Shown here one piece after another: positions 21,774 to 31,625 of a DNA stretch of 64,000 bases (within the stretch, counting starts at the first letter, position 1; each line of letters starts with the position of its first letter). The DNA comes from Candidatus Hydrothermales bacterium. GTDB taxonomy: Bacteria > Hydrothermota > Hydrothermia > Hydrothermales > JAJRUZ01. A model generated the notes under the pieces. That model made no database searches, had not been told where the DNA came from, and worked only from the letters and a program-made list of their open reading frames with translations. The stretch lies in NCBI GenBank assembly GCA_039630575.1, contig JBCNUW010000010.1:1-64000 (forward strand), in the 5' to 3' direction. Made by a program: the position numbers and the translations under genes.

Positions 21774-22380
21774 ACTCTTTAATTAGGTTAAAAAGATTTT
21801 TATTTTCAGGTAAAACAATTCCTGCAGAAACTATAGCCTTTAAGGCTTCCTCAACAGAGAGGTCAAGATAAATAATTTTATCTTCAGGAACAATTAAATA
21901 CCAACCACTTGTTGGATTAGGTGCTGTTGGAATAAATATATTTAAATAATTTTTCCCATCAATTTGCCATTTGTTTTCAGAAGTAACAAAAGCAAAAGTA
22001 TAATTGCCCTCTTTAGGAAACTCAACAAGTATAACCTTTTTAAAAGCCGTTTTCTCTGAAAATATAGCATCAGTTAATTTTTTAGCTGCTGAATAAAAAC
22101 TTCTAATAAAAGGAAGTTTTGCTAAAAAACGCTCACCATAACTTAGGATTTTTTTACCAACTAAAGTTGTTACGAAGAAACCTACACCGTAAATGAAAAA
22201 TAAAGAAAGTATAAGTCCTATTAAGGTTGTGATTAAAACATTTTTTGTTTTAATTAATCCAACGTTAACTAAGAGTTCTCCTATGTTTGTGCCTAATATC
22301 TTTATTAAGAATAAGATTACATAAAGGGTTATAAAGAAAGGAAAAATTGCAACAATCCCGGTTATTAAATATTTCTTAAT
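21748..22380 (-). CDS. DUF502 family membrane protein, no ATG/GTG/TTG start (proposed ATT start; absent from ORF track)
   Basis: My translation: IKKYLITGIVAIFPFFITLYV...LPFIRSFYSAAKKLTDAI...VILVEFPKEG...FIPTAPNPTSGWYLIVP...LSVEEALKAIVSAG; 210 sense codons; SD GGGGAGGT at 22391-22398. Confidence 0.85.
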   Translation of the reverse strand: MKKYLITGIVAIFPFFITLYVILFLIKILGTNIGELLVNVGLIKTKNVLITTLIGLILSLFFIYGVGFFVTTLVGKKILSYGERFLAKLPFIRSFYSAAKKLTDAIFSEKTAFKKVILVEFPKEGNYTFAFVTSENKWQIDGKNYLNIFIPTAPNPTSGWYLIVPEDKIIYLDLSVEEALKAIVSAGIVLPENKNLFNLIKEYVQNIQKK

Positions 22381-22398
22381 TTTAAAAACTACCTCCCC

Positions 22399-22890
22399 CT
22401 ATTCACCAACGAAAACTCTTACAAATTTATCAGATTCTGAAAAAGTTATTTTTATATTTTTTTTAAATGTTTTAGCAATACTTTTTCCAATTTTTTCAGC
22501 AAGGTGTTCTGTAGTTGTTTCGATTGTAATCTTGTCTCCTTCATCTTTTACACTAATTATTCTTTCAAGTGGATTATGGATATATTCATCTGCCGCGATG
22601 TGTTTTACTCGCGAATGGATTTCCTCATTTTTTTTACTTACAAATTCACCTTTTATTTCAACTATACCGAGAGGATATTTATCTTTAATTTTTCTACAGG
22701 CTGGACAATCTTTTTGTTCTATCCTTTTTTCGTTTTCTTTTATATTTTTCAATAGTTCCGAGTTATTAATCCATCTTTTTTTATGGTAAATAAGACCACA
22801 GCTTGGACATTGGGTAGGGTCTGAATACAAACTTTTATCCATGTATGGATCTTTCAATTTAAAAACAAATCTCTTATCAGAACCTCTCAT
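22399..22890 (-). CDS. BCAM0308 family (NMD3-like zinc ribbon) protein
   Basis: CPSCG...RW, CPACRKIKDKYPLG, HNPLERI, TTTEHLAEKIGK. Confidence 0.8.
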   Translation of the reverse strand: MRGSDKRFVFKLKDPYMDKSLYSDPTQCPSCGLIYHKKRWINNSELLKNIKENEKRIEQKDCPACRKIKDKYPLGIVEIKGEFVSKKNEEIHSRVKHIAADEYIHNPLERIISVKDEGDKITIETTTEHLAEKIGKSIAKTFKKNIKITFSESDKFVRVFVGE

Positions 22891-22936
22891 TTTTACTCTC
22901 CCTTTTTAAATAAATAAAATTAATTTTATAAAATTT

Positions 22937-25900
22937 TCAAGTATTTTTACCATGACATTTTTTGTATTTTTTTCCACTGCCACACGGGCAGGGATCATTT
23001 CTTCCAACCTTTGGGATTTCTCTTTTATAAGTTAAATTTTGTGACACAGTTTTTATATCTTTATCGTTATTTTCCTTTAAAACACTTAAAGATCTCACAA
23101 GTTCTGGTCTTAACTCCCTTAATTTACTTACATCCAATCTTCTTTCTGCCTCCACAATTCTGCTATGAAAAATTCTGTGAATTGTTTCATTTCTGATTCT
23201 TCTTAAAAGTTCATCAAACATTTTGTAGGCTTCCTGTTTATATTCCAATAATGGATCTCTCTGTCCGTATGCTCTTAGATATATACCTTCCCTTAAGTTA
23301 TCAAGAGAATAGAGATGCTCTCTCCAAGCAGTGTCTAAGGTAAAAAGTAAAGCAGCTCTCTCAAGCTCTCTCATCCTTTCCTTACCAAAAATTTGCTCTC
23401 TTGCTTCATATAGCTCTTTAATCCTTTTCAAAATAAACTCTTTAATTTTCTCTTTTTCCTCTAAATTTTCTATTTCTGAGAAATCTGATAGAAAATGATA
23501 ATAAAGTTCAGATAAAAATTCATTTGTATTCCATTCTTCTTTATGTTCATCTTTTAAATACTTTTCAGTTAGCTCCTCAATTAGATCAGTGACATACTCG
23601 TTTAAAATAAGCTCCTTCATATCCTCTCCCTCGAGAATTTCATTTCTCAGTCCATAAATAACTTCCCTCTGCTTATTCATAACATCATCATATTCTAAAA
23701 GTCTTTTTCTTATTTCAAAGTTTTGCATTTCCACTCTCTTTTGAGCAGTTTCAAGAGCTTTAGTAACCAGTTTGCTCTCAATAGGTCCTTCATCTTTTTT
23801 TCCAAATCTTTCCATTAGTTCTTTTACCTTATCCGAGCCAAAAAGTCTTAAAAGATCATCTTCAAGTGAAAGGAAAAATTTTGTTGTTCCAGGATCTCCT
23901 TGTCTTCCTGATCTACCTCTTAATTGTCTATCTATTCTTCTTGCCTCGTGTTTTTCAGTTCCAATAATATAAAGACCTCCAAGTTCTCTTACCCCCTCTC
24001 CAAGTTTTATATCTGTTCCTCTTCCAGCCATATTTGTAGCAATTGTTACAGCATATTTTTGACCTGCTCTTGAAACGATCTCGGCTTCCTGCTGATGATA
24101 TTTGGCATTTAAAACATGATGTGGAATTCCCTCTCTTTTTAACATTCTTGAAAGTAGCTCGGATACTTCTACTGAGGTTGTACCTACAAGAACAGGTCTT
24201 CCTATTTTAAAGTTTTTCTTAATTTCATCTATAACTGCTTGATACTTTTCTTTTTTAGTTTTGAAAATTATATCTGGAAGGTCTACCCTTATTACAGGTT
24301 TATTTGTAGGTATTGAAATGACATCAAGCTTATAAATTTCCCAGAACTCTTGAGCTTCAGTTATGGCAGTTCCTGTCATTCCAGCAAGTTTCTCATACAT
24401 TCTGAAATAATTTTGGATAGTGATAGTTGCAAGAGTTTGCGTTTCTCTTTGTATTTCAACGCCCTCTTTGGCTTCTATTGCTTCATGCAACCCGTCTGAC
24501 CATCGCCTTCCTGGCATGAGCCTACCAGTAAATTCATCAACTATGATAACTTTACCGTCCATGACAACATACTCATCGTCTTTTTCAAAAAGAGAATAAG
24601 CCTTAAGAAGTTGTTTGATTGCGTGAATTTTTTCTGATTTTTCTGAGTATTCTCTTATAATTTTTTCCTTTTCATAAAACTTTTCCCTTGACGAAAGTGT
24701 ATTGTCTCTATCGATTTTTGAAAGCTCAACAGAAAGATCAGGTAAAAGAAATAATTCTCTATCAATACCTAAAAATTCTCTTCTTCCCTTTTCAGTTAGA
24801 TCAACATTATTTGATTTTTCATCTATTACATAAAAGAGCTCACTTTCAAATTCGCGTAACTTTTTCTCTTTTAAAAGTTCAAGTTCAATTTTTTCAGTAA
24901 TTTTAAGTATATCTGGTTCCTGCAAAAGTTTAAAAAGTTTCCTTGATTTAGGAGCACCTTTTTTAGCTAGGAGTATTTTCTTAGCAGCTTCTTCTATATT
25001 GTTATTTTTTAAACTTATCTCTGCTTCATGTAAAATGTTGTTTATCAATAAAGTCTGTTTTTTTACGATTCTTTCTACATAGGGTTTCATCTGTTTATAC
25101 AAGTAGTTACTTGTTCTATCTACAGGTCCAGAAATTATAAGTGGTGTTCTTGCTTCATCTATAAGTATAGAATCTATTTCATCAACTATCGCATATATGT
25201 GTCCTCTCTGAACTTTATCATCTTTTCTGAAAACCATGTTATCCCTTAAATAATCAAAGCCAAACTCATTATTTGTTCCATAGGTTATATCTCTATTATA
25301 TTCAGGTTTCCTTTCCTGTGGCTCCATACCGCTTTGAATCACTCCCACTTCAAGTCCGAGCATTTCATAGACAGGTCCCATCCATTCTCTATCTCTTTTT
25401 GCTAAATAATCGTTCACTGTAACGAGGTGGTTTATTCCTCTAGGAGAGCCATTTACCAAAAATCTTTTATCACCCTTTAATCCTCTTGCTCTTCCTATTA
25501 TCGAGTTAAGATAAAGTGGCATTGTTGCAACGAGTGTTTTTCCCTCTCCTGTTGCCATTTCAGCAATTTTACCTTGATGTAAAACCACTGCTCCTATGAT
25601 CTGAACATCAAAAGGAATCATATCCCATTCGTAATCTATTCCTGTTATTTTCCATCTTTTTCCAACAAGTCTTCTACAAGCCTCTTTAACTAAAGCAAAG
25701 GCTTCAGGAAGAATATCGATGTCAGGTTCGCCCTCTTTAATTCTATTTGTAAACTCTTCAGTTTTTTTAATTAGATCTTCTGATTTAAGATTATGGTAAG
25801 TTTTGTAAATCTCATTTACTTTTTTGACAGTTGGCCAAATTTTCCTTATTACTCTTTCATTCCTGGAAATAAATATTTTTTTAAAAATTTTTTCAATCAT
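22937..25900 (-). CDS. secA: Preprotein translocase ATPase SecA
   Basis: [47 protein letters not shown]-terminal [22 protein letters not shown]. Confidence 0.98.
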   Translation of the reverse strand: MIEKIFKKIFISRNERVIRKIWPTVKKVNEIYKTYHNLKSEDLIKKTEEFTNRIKEGEPDIDILPEAFALVKEACRRLVGKRWKITGIDYEWDMIPFDVQIIGAVVLHQGKIAEMATGEGKTLVATMPLYLNSIIGRARGLKGDKRFLVNGSPRGINHLVTVNDYLAKRDREWMGPVYEMLGLEVGVIQSGMEPQERKPEYNRDITYGTNNEFGFDYLRDNMVFRKDDKVQRGHIYAIVDEIDSILIDEARTPLIISGPVDRTSNYLYKQMKPYVERIVKKQTLLINNILHEAEISLKNNNIEEAAKKILLAKKGAPKSRKLFKLLQEPDILKITEKIELELLKEKKLREFESELFYVIDEKSNNVDLTEKGRREFLGIDRELFLLPDLSVELSKIDRDNTLSSREKFYEKEKIIREYSEKSEKIHAIKQLLKAYSLFEKDDEYVVMDGKVIIVDEFTGRLMPGRRWSDGLHEAIEAKEGVEIQRETQTLATITIQNYFRMYEKLAGMTGTAITEAQEFWEIYKLDVISIPTNKPVIRVDLPDIIFKTKKEKYQAVIDEIKKNFKIGRPVLVGTTSVEVSELLSRMLKREGIPHHVLNAKYHQQEAEIVSRAGQKYAVTIATNMAGRGTDIKLGEGVRELGGLYIIGTEKHEARRIDRQLRGRSGRQGDPGTTKFFLSLEDDLLRLFGSDKVKELMERFGKKDEGPIESKLVTKALETAQKRVEMQNFEIRKRLLEYDDVMNKQREVIYGLRNEILEGEDMKELILNEYVTDLIEELTEKYLKDEHKEEWNTNEFLSELYYHFLSDFSEIENLEEKEKIKEFILKRIKELYEAREQIFGKERMRELERAALLFTLDTAWREHLYSLDNLREGIYLRAYGQRDPLLEYKQEAYKMFDELLRRIRNETIHRIFHSRIVEAERRLDVSKLRELRPELVRSLSVLKENNDKDIKTVSQNLTYKREIPKVGRNDPCPCGSGKKYKKCHGKNT

Positions 25901-26867
25901 TTTCTTTTTGACCTCCCAAAAATACCTGTTTTTTTAACTTATTATGGTAAGGTGTCCACCTTTCACCCTCCTGGCTGCTCTTTATTGCTTCTTCAAATTT
26001 ATAGATCTCAGCATCAAGTAAGTCTGCTATGTGTAAGATATAGGCTTCTCTTGTCATTGGTTCTGTAAGTGATCCCTGGTTTTTTGAACCATGATGAGAT
26101 GCTAAAAGATGTAAAAGATTTAGTCTTAGGTCTTCGGGAAATTTTGTAGGAAACAGTTCATTTGATGAAAGTTCCCTGTTTAATTTTTCTATTTCCTCAT
26201 CAACTTTTTTCAACCCCAAGTAAATATGGTCAAGGAGTTTACCTTCGTCTGTAATTTTTAATTTAAAGTCTACTTTATAAGACAAAACTTTACCAATATC
26301 ATGCAAAATTGCTCCGGCTATTAATAAATCATTATTTAATTGATTATAACAACTTGATATTGCTTTAACTAATTTCAGAACATTTAAGGTATGTTCTGCT
26401 AATCCACCTAAATAGGCATGATGATATTTAAAGGCAGCAGGTGATTCAACGAAACTTTCTATAAACTTTTCATTAAAAATTCTTAAAAGAAGTTCTCTTA
26501 AAAATTCATTTTTAACATTATTTATTTCTTCAAGAATTTCCTCTTTTAATACTTCTTTAGGTATTTCTGAACTTGGAATAAATTCTTTTTTTATAGTACC
26601 ATAATCCTCCAATTTCTCTGCTTCCTTTATAATAACTCTTCTTTCATCATTAAATTTACCTGCCTCCCCTTTAATTTTATAAATACCTTCCTCTAAAATT
26701 ATATCCATATTAAACAGAAAAGCTTTTAATTCTCCTGTTTTGTCAGATATTAAAAGTTCTATATATTCACCCCTTTTTCCTGATTGACTTTTTAAGGTAT
26801 GAAGGTAAAAATAATCCTCAAAAGTTCCATCCAACCTTAATAAGTCACTAACATATATTTTTTTCAT
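25893..26867 (-). CDS. yhaM: 3'-5' exoribonuclease YhaM/CBF1 family (OB + HD)
   Basis: SDKTGE OB fold, [34 protein letters not shown]. Confidence 0.85.
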   Translation of the reverse strand: MKKIYVSDLLRLDGTFEDYFYLHTLKSQSGKRGEYIELLISDKTGELKAFLFNMDIILEEGIYKIKGEAGKFNDERRVIIKEAEKLEDYGTIKKEFIPSSEIPKEVLKEEILEEINNVKNEFLRELLLRIFNEKFIESFVESPAAFKYHHAYLGGLAEHTLNVLKLVKAISSCYNQLNNDLLIAGAILHDIGKVLSYKVDFKLKITDEGKLLDHIYLGLKKVDEEIEKLNRELSSNELFPTKFPEDLRLNLLHLLASHHGSKNQGSLTEPMTREAYILHIADLLDAEIYKFEEAIKSSQEGERWTPYHNKLKKQVFLGGQKEND

Positions 26868-26911
26868 TAGATCTTCTATTAAAGATAAAGAATTTTTTTA
26901 TAAATTTCAAG

Positions 26912-26940
26912 TTGACAAAGTAAATATTTTACTTTATAAT
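26912..26940 (+). promoter_or_regulatory. Consensus sigma70 promoter
   Basis: TTGACA (26912-26917), 17-nt spacer, TATAAT (26935-26940). Confidence 0.85.
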
Positions 26941-26950
26941 AAAATAGTTG

Positions 26951-26971
26951 AAGAATGGTTCAAATCCTCTT
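26951..26971 (+). promoter_or_regulatory. T-arm-like hairpin AAGA-AT-GG-TTCAAAT-CC-TCTT at transcript 5' end (copy 3)
   Basis: Core GGTTCAAATCC 26957-26967, about 10 nt after predicted TSS and 22 nt before TTG 26990. Confidence 0.55.
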
Positions 26972-26989
26972 GTAAAAAAGGAGGATAAT

Positions 26990-27577
26990 TTGAAAATAAT
27001 TTATGCTCTTTTGGTTATGGTTCTTATATTTTTTTCTTGTAGAGAAAGAGAGGGAACTTTTGTTTTGAGAGTATCTCTTCAGAATTATAGAATGGGAATT
27101 GATGTTGTAAAAAGAGTTAACTCTTCTTATGTTTTTACTTATGATACAATTTCTGCGAATTTTACTTTTAATGCCGTAAATACCTCTTTGGAGGGGCATG
27201 AACCTGTTTTGATAGTGGATAGCTTTAAGATTGAGTTCTTTGATCTTTCTAAGACTCCTGCACAAAAAATTTCTTTTGATGTTGCTCCCCCTTACAGAGA
27301 TAGTGTCTCTGTTATTTCATATCCATATTTAATTTACAAACTACCTTTTGAGGTGTTACTAGACGAAACATTTACCTTAACAATACCTGTTTTACCCTCT
27401 TATATCAAGCATATGTATGAGCCATTTTATAATTTATGGCGTAATCAAGATCCTAAGGTACTATATTTAAAAGCTGTTTACACTTTTTATTCTCATGAAC
27501 ACTATACAGGTAAAAGGCTTGACCCTGTAAATTTGGAGTTAACCCTTGAAGTAGCTGATTTTGCCGATGAAGAATAA
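26990..27577 (+). CDS. Hypothetical lipoprotein upstream of secretin
   Basis: SD AAGGAGG then TTG: MKIIYALLVMVLIFFSC (lipobox); beta-rich body; start reassigned from 26948. Confidence 0.7.
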   Translation: MKIIYALLVMVLIFFSCREREGTFVLRVSLQNYRMGIDVVKRVNSSYVFTYDTISANFTFNAVNTSLEGHEPVLIVDSFKIEFFDLSKTPAQKISFDVAPPYRDSVSVISYPYLIYKLPFEVLLDETFTLTIPVLPSYIKHMYEPFYNLWRNQDPKVLYLKAVYTFYSHEHYTGKRLDPVNLELTLEVADFADEE

Positions 27578-27590
27578 AAAGGAGGTTTTT

Positions 27591-29282
27591 ATGTATAAAT
27601 TAATAATTATGAGTTTTTTTCTTTTATCTTTCCTTTATGGACAGTTATTTGACATTACACTTTCTGGCGAAGAGTCGAATTCTATCGTAACTATCTCAGT
27701 ATCAGAGGAAATTTCCTATACTGTTTTCAGACCAACCTCTGATGTTATAGCTGTTGATATCCATACAAATAAAATTATGGTTGCACCTGGTTCATATGAA
27801 GTCAAAAGAGGTGGAGTTGAGAGAATTACTCTTGAGACCTTTCAGCGTGTTCCTCTGACAAGAATTTTTATTTATATGAGTTCATCTTTTGAAAATTACG
27901 ATGTAAGGACAAAAGACGGCATTTCTTTTTACCTTCTAAATACAGGCGGTGTTAAGGAGATCTATTCACTAAAAGGTGGAAAACCAGAATTTATTACTGA
28001 AAAAGAAGAAGAAAGAATTCTTGAAAGACAGGTTGCTCCAAGAGCTGAACCAAAAGAACAAAAAATTTCACTTAATCTTGAAAATGCAGATGTCGTTACT
28101 GTTATAAATGGTATAGCTGAATATGTTGGATTGAATGTGATATATACAACTGATGTGAAGGGAAAAGTTACAGTGATGGTTAGTGATATACCCTGGAGGA
28201 CAGCTCTTGATCTTGTTTTGAAAACTGTAGGTCTTTCTTATATAGAGGAAAATGGGGTTTTGAGAATTGCTCCTCCTGACAAACTTAAAAGAGAAGAAAT
28301 AGAGAGAAGAAAAGCTGAACAGGAGGCTTTGTTACTAAAACCTTTAATTACAAAACTGTATAAACTTGAGTTTACAAAACCAGAAGAAGTTTCCATATCA
28401 ATTCAAAAGCTTTTAACTGAAAGAGGTAGAGTAGAAAAGGATGCACATACAAATTCAATCGTAGTAACAGATGTAGAGGATATTCATCAGAAGATTGAGC
28501 AGTTAATTAGACATCTTGATGTAAGAACCCCACAGGTTGCTATTGAGGCTAAAATTGTTGAGATTAATACAAGAAAATTAAGGGAACTTGGAATTAAATG
28601 GGGTGCTAAGTATACAGGTATAATTCAAGGAATTCCCTCCCAAAAAGTTTATGTAGGAGGAAATCCAAGTGACAATCCTGCAGCACCACCTCCACATGGA
28701 TCAGATTACGGACAAGCTGGTACTGTTGTTTTACCAGCTGCGCCTTCCTTGAAATTCACAGTTGGTTATCTTGGTCCACAGACAGACCTTTACTCAACCT
28801 TAGCAGCACTTGAGTCTGACGAATATGCAAGAGTTATATCATCTCCTAAAATAACAGTTACAGATAACAAACAAGCAAAAATTATAGGTGGTGTTAAAAT
28901 ACCTTTTATTACAACAGATATAGGTGGCAATCCCATAACAAGGCTTGTCGATGTAGGTATAAAACTTGAGGTTACTCCTCATGTTAATTCTCAAAATCAG
29001 GTTACTCTTGATTTAAAAACTGAAGTTTCTCAAGCTGGTGAACCAACTCCAACAGGTCAGCTTACAATTCTTACAAATGAAGCAGAAACTAGAATCTTGC
29101 TTGGTAACGGAGAAACTGCAGTTATTGGGGGGCTTGTAAGCGCTAAAAGGTCAAGGGCTTCAGCTGGTATACCAATACTCAGGCATATACCAATAATTGG
29201 AACACTTCTTGGTGGTAGATCGGCAACAGTAGAAGAAAGAGAAATTGTTATTTTTATAACACCAAATATCATAGCAGAGTAA
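27591..29282 (+). CDS. pilQ: Type IV pilus / DNA-uptake secretin
   Basis: ISLNLENADV, VKGKVTV...PWRTALDLVLK, DAHTNSIVV, PQVAIEAKIVE, GETAVIGGL, IPILRHIPIIGTL, IFITPNI; SD AAGGAGG before ATG 27591. Confidence 0.9.
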   Translation: MYKLIIMSFFLLSFLYGQLFDITLSGEESNSIVTISVSEEISYTVFRPTSDVIAVDIHTNKIMVAPGSYEVKRGGVERITLETFQRVPLTRIFIYMSSSFENYDVRTKDGISFYLLNTGGVKEIYSLKGGKPEFITEKEEERILERQVAPRAEPKEQKISLNLENADVVTVINGIAEYVGLNVIYTTDVKGKVTVMVSDIPWRTALDLVLKTVGLSYIEENGVLRIAPPDKLKREEIERRKAEQEALLLKPLITKLYKLEFTKPEEVSISIQKLLTERGRVEKDAHTNSIVVTDVEDIHQKIEQLIRHLDVRTPQVAIEAKIVEINTRKLRELGIKWGAKYTGIIQGIPSQKVYVGGNPSDNPAAPPPHGSDYGQAGTVVLPAAPSLKFTVGYLGPQTDLYSTLAALESDEYARVISSPKITVTDNKQAKIIGGVKIPFITTDIGGNPITRLVDVGIKLEVTPHVNSQNQVTLDLKTEVSQAGEPTPTGQLTILTNEAETRILLGNGETAVIGGLVSAKRSRASAGIPILRHIPIIGTLLGGRSATVEEREIVIFITPNIIAE

Positions 29283-30391
29283 TCAATCGTCTTTTTATCT
29301 TTAGCCACTCATCCTTACACAGAAGAAATCGCGAGTTTTTTTACTATTTAAAAAAGTACATAAAAGAGATAAAAATTTTTGTCCCTTTTGAGTGGAAGGG
29401 TTCTCTTGGTGAAAAATGCAGAATAAATTCGAAGTTTGTTGAAAATGGCATTGAGGTAATACCTTTAAGTTGGTGTTATTTTAAAAACATTCAACTTCAA
29501 CACATATCTTTAAATTCTATGAGATTAATAAAGAAGCAAAAACCTGACTTGGTAATTTTTTTCGAAGAAAGCTATTCAACCTCAGCTTTTGAATTTGCAA
29601 TCATTTTCAGAGATGTTCCCTTTGTTTTCTTTTCTTTACAAAACATAAATAAGAAATTTCCTTTACCAATAAAACTTTTACAGAGTTATGTATTTAAGAA
29701 GTCTAAAGGTGCACTTATTTCATCCCAAGAAGGTGAGCAAGTTCTAAGAGAATGGGGTTATGATAAAGAAATTTTTAAATTTTATTTAGGAGTCGATCCA
29801 AAAAATTTTGAAAAAGCAGAAAAATTTCCTATTATTGAAGAGTTAGAAAGACCTATATTCTCATATATAGGTAGATTAACTAAAAAAAAGGGCATATATA
29901 TCTTGGTCTCAGCTTTTGAAAAATTTTACGAAAAATTTAGAAAAGGAACTTTACTCTTTGTTGGGGAAGGTGAAGAAAAAGAAAATTTAATAAAGGAGTT
30001 AAAATTAAAAAGATTAAATTTTTATATTTTACCATATGTTTCTCATGAAAAAATTTATTCAGTATATAAAAGTATTGATTTTCTTGTTTTACCTTCCATT
30101 ACAACAAGGAATTGGAAAGAACAGTTTGGAAGGGTACTTGTTGAAGCAATGTGTGCAAAAGTTCCAGTAATAGGCTCAGATTCTGGAGCAATACCCGAAG
30201 TAATAGGTGATGCAGGGCTTATATTTAAAGAATCTGATTCGGTGGATCTTTTTAAATCTATGGAAAGATTGTATCTTGATGAAAATTTGAGAAAACATTT
30301 TGTGGAAAAGGGTTTTAAAAGGGTTAAAGAAAATTTTACTTATGAGGTAATTGCTGAACGACTGTATAATTTCTTAAAATCCTTGATTTAA
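29282..30391 (+). CDS. Glycosyltransferase family 4 (N-terminus extended to proposed ATC start)
   Basis: GT4 motifs YIGRL...KG, LPSITTRNWKEQFGRVLVEAM, SDSGAIPEV; frame open upstream of ATG 29519 to INRLFIFSHS...IFVPFEW with ATC overlapping the pilQ stop (TAATC). Confidence 0.8.
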   Translation: MNRLFIFSHSSLHRRNREFFYYLKKYIKEIKIFVPFEWKGSLGEKCRINSKFVENGIEVIPLSWCYFKNIQLQHISLNSMRLIKKQKPDLVIFFEESYSTSAFEFAIIFRDVPFVFFSLQNINKKFPLPIKLLQSYVFKKSKGALISSQEGEQVLREWGYDKEIFKFYLGVDPKNFEKAEKFPIIEELERPIFSYIGRLTKKKGIYILVSAFEKFYEKFRKGTLLFVGEGEEKENLIKELKLKRLNFYILPYVSHEKIYSVYKSIDFLVLPSITTRNWKEQFGRVLVEAMCAKVPVIGSDSGAIPEVIGDAGLIFKESDSVDLFKSMERLYLDENLRKHFVEKGFKRVKENFTYEVIAERLYNFLKSLI

Positions 30392-30392
30392 A

Positions 30393-31625
30393 ATGAAGTT
30401 AAAATTCAAAGTTAAAAAATTTATCATTGATAACGGATTAAAAGTTATCCTTATACCATTTGATAGGAAGATCACAAGTTTTTATTTAGTATATAAGGTA
30501 GGTTCTAAATATGAATATGATGGAAAAAGGGGTATTTCGCATTTTCTTGAACATATGATGTTTAAGGGTACTAAAAGATTAAAACCAGAGGAATTTTCAA
30601 GAATTATTCAACGTATGGGAGGTATTGATAATGCTTTCACTACCGAAGATTTCACATTTTATTATGTAACAGTTCCAAAAGATGAAATATATAAGGTTGT
30701 AAAGTTAGAGGCTGATAGGATGGAATATGTTACTTTCAAAGAATTTGAATCAGAGAAAAAAGTTATAATTGAAGAAAGAAAAGAAAGTGTTGAAAATTCA
30801 CCTTATGGTAAGTTTTGGGAAAATTTTTCACTTCTTTCTTATACTGTACATCCTTATAGATACCCTGTTATAGGTTTTGAGTCGGATATTTTAAACATTA
30901 CTAAAAATGACTTGAGAAATTGGTATAATAAATTTTATACCCCTTCAAATGCTTTTATAGTTATTTCTGGTGGGATGGAAGAAAAAGTTCTTTTAAAATT
31001 TATAGAGAAAATTTTTTCAAAGATAGAGAAAAAAGATAAAATAGAGAAAAGAGAATTTTATGAACCTGAGCAGAATTTTGAAAGGAAGATGATTTTAAAA
31101 CTTAATAGTTCTCTAAAGATATTGGGAATAAGTTTTCATTCAGTACCTTTTAGCCATCCTGATTTTATAAAATTGAGTTTATTTTCAGCTTTACTTGGTG
31201 GATTTGAGAGTTCGAGACTATATAGAGCTCTTGTGCTTGAGAAAAGTCTTTGTAATGAAGTCTCTACTTTCTGCGAGGAAAAAATTGATAAGGGTCTTTT
31301 CATATTTTATACTATCTTAAATAAAGATACTGAATTTGACGAGGTTATAGAAATATTTTGGAGAGAAGTTGATAGTATTTTTCAAAATTATATAGAGGAA
31401 ATGGAGCTTCAAAAGGTTAAAAATATGATATCATCTGAATTCCTTTACAAAATGCAAAGCACATCAGGAAGAGGTAGAATTGTTTCTCTATTTGAACTTA
31501 ACGGAATTTTTGATAAGATCTTTACTTATTTAGATGAGATTGAAAATATAAAAATAGAAGAAATAGTTGAGACTGCAAAGAAATATATAAAAAGGGAGCG
31601 TTCTAACTATTTAATGCTATGTTAA
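30393..31625 (+). CDS. M16 family zinc peptidase, catalytic subunit
   Basis: GISHFLEHMMFKGT (HxxEH), NAFT, EER, HPYRYPVIG. Confidence 0.9.
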   Translation: MKLKFKVKKFIIDNGLKVILIPFDRKITSFYLVYKVGSKYEYDGKRGISHFLEHMMFKGTKRLKPEEFSRIIQRMGGIDNAFTTEDFTFYYVTVPKDEIYKVVKLEADRMEYVTFKEFESEKKVIIEERKESVENSPYGKFWENFSLLSYTVHPYRYPVIGFESDILNITKNDLRNWYNKFYTPSNAFIVISGGMEEKVLLKFIEKIFSKIEKKDKIEKREFYEPEQNFERKMILKLNSSLKILGISFHSVPFSHPDFIKLSLFSALLGGFESSRLYRALVLEKSLCNEVSTFCEEKIDKGLFIFYTILNKDTEFDEVIEIFWREVDSIFQNYIEEMELQKVKNMISSEFLYKMQSTSGRGRIVSLFELNGIFDKIFTYLDEIENIKIEEIVETAKKYIKRERSNYLMLC

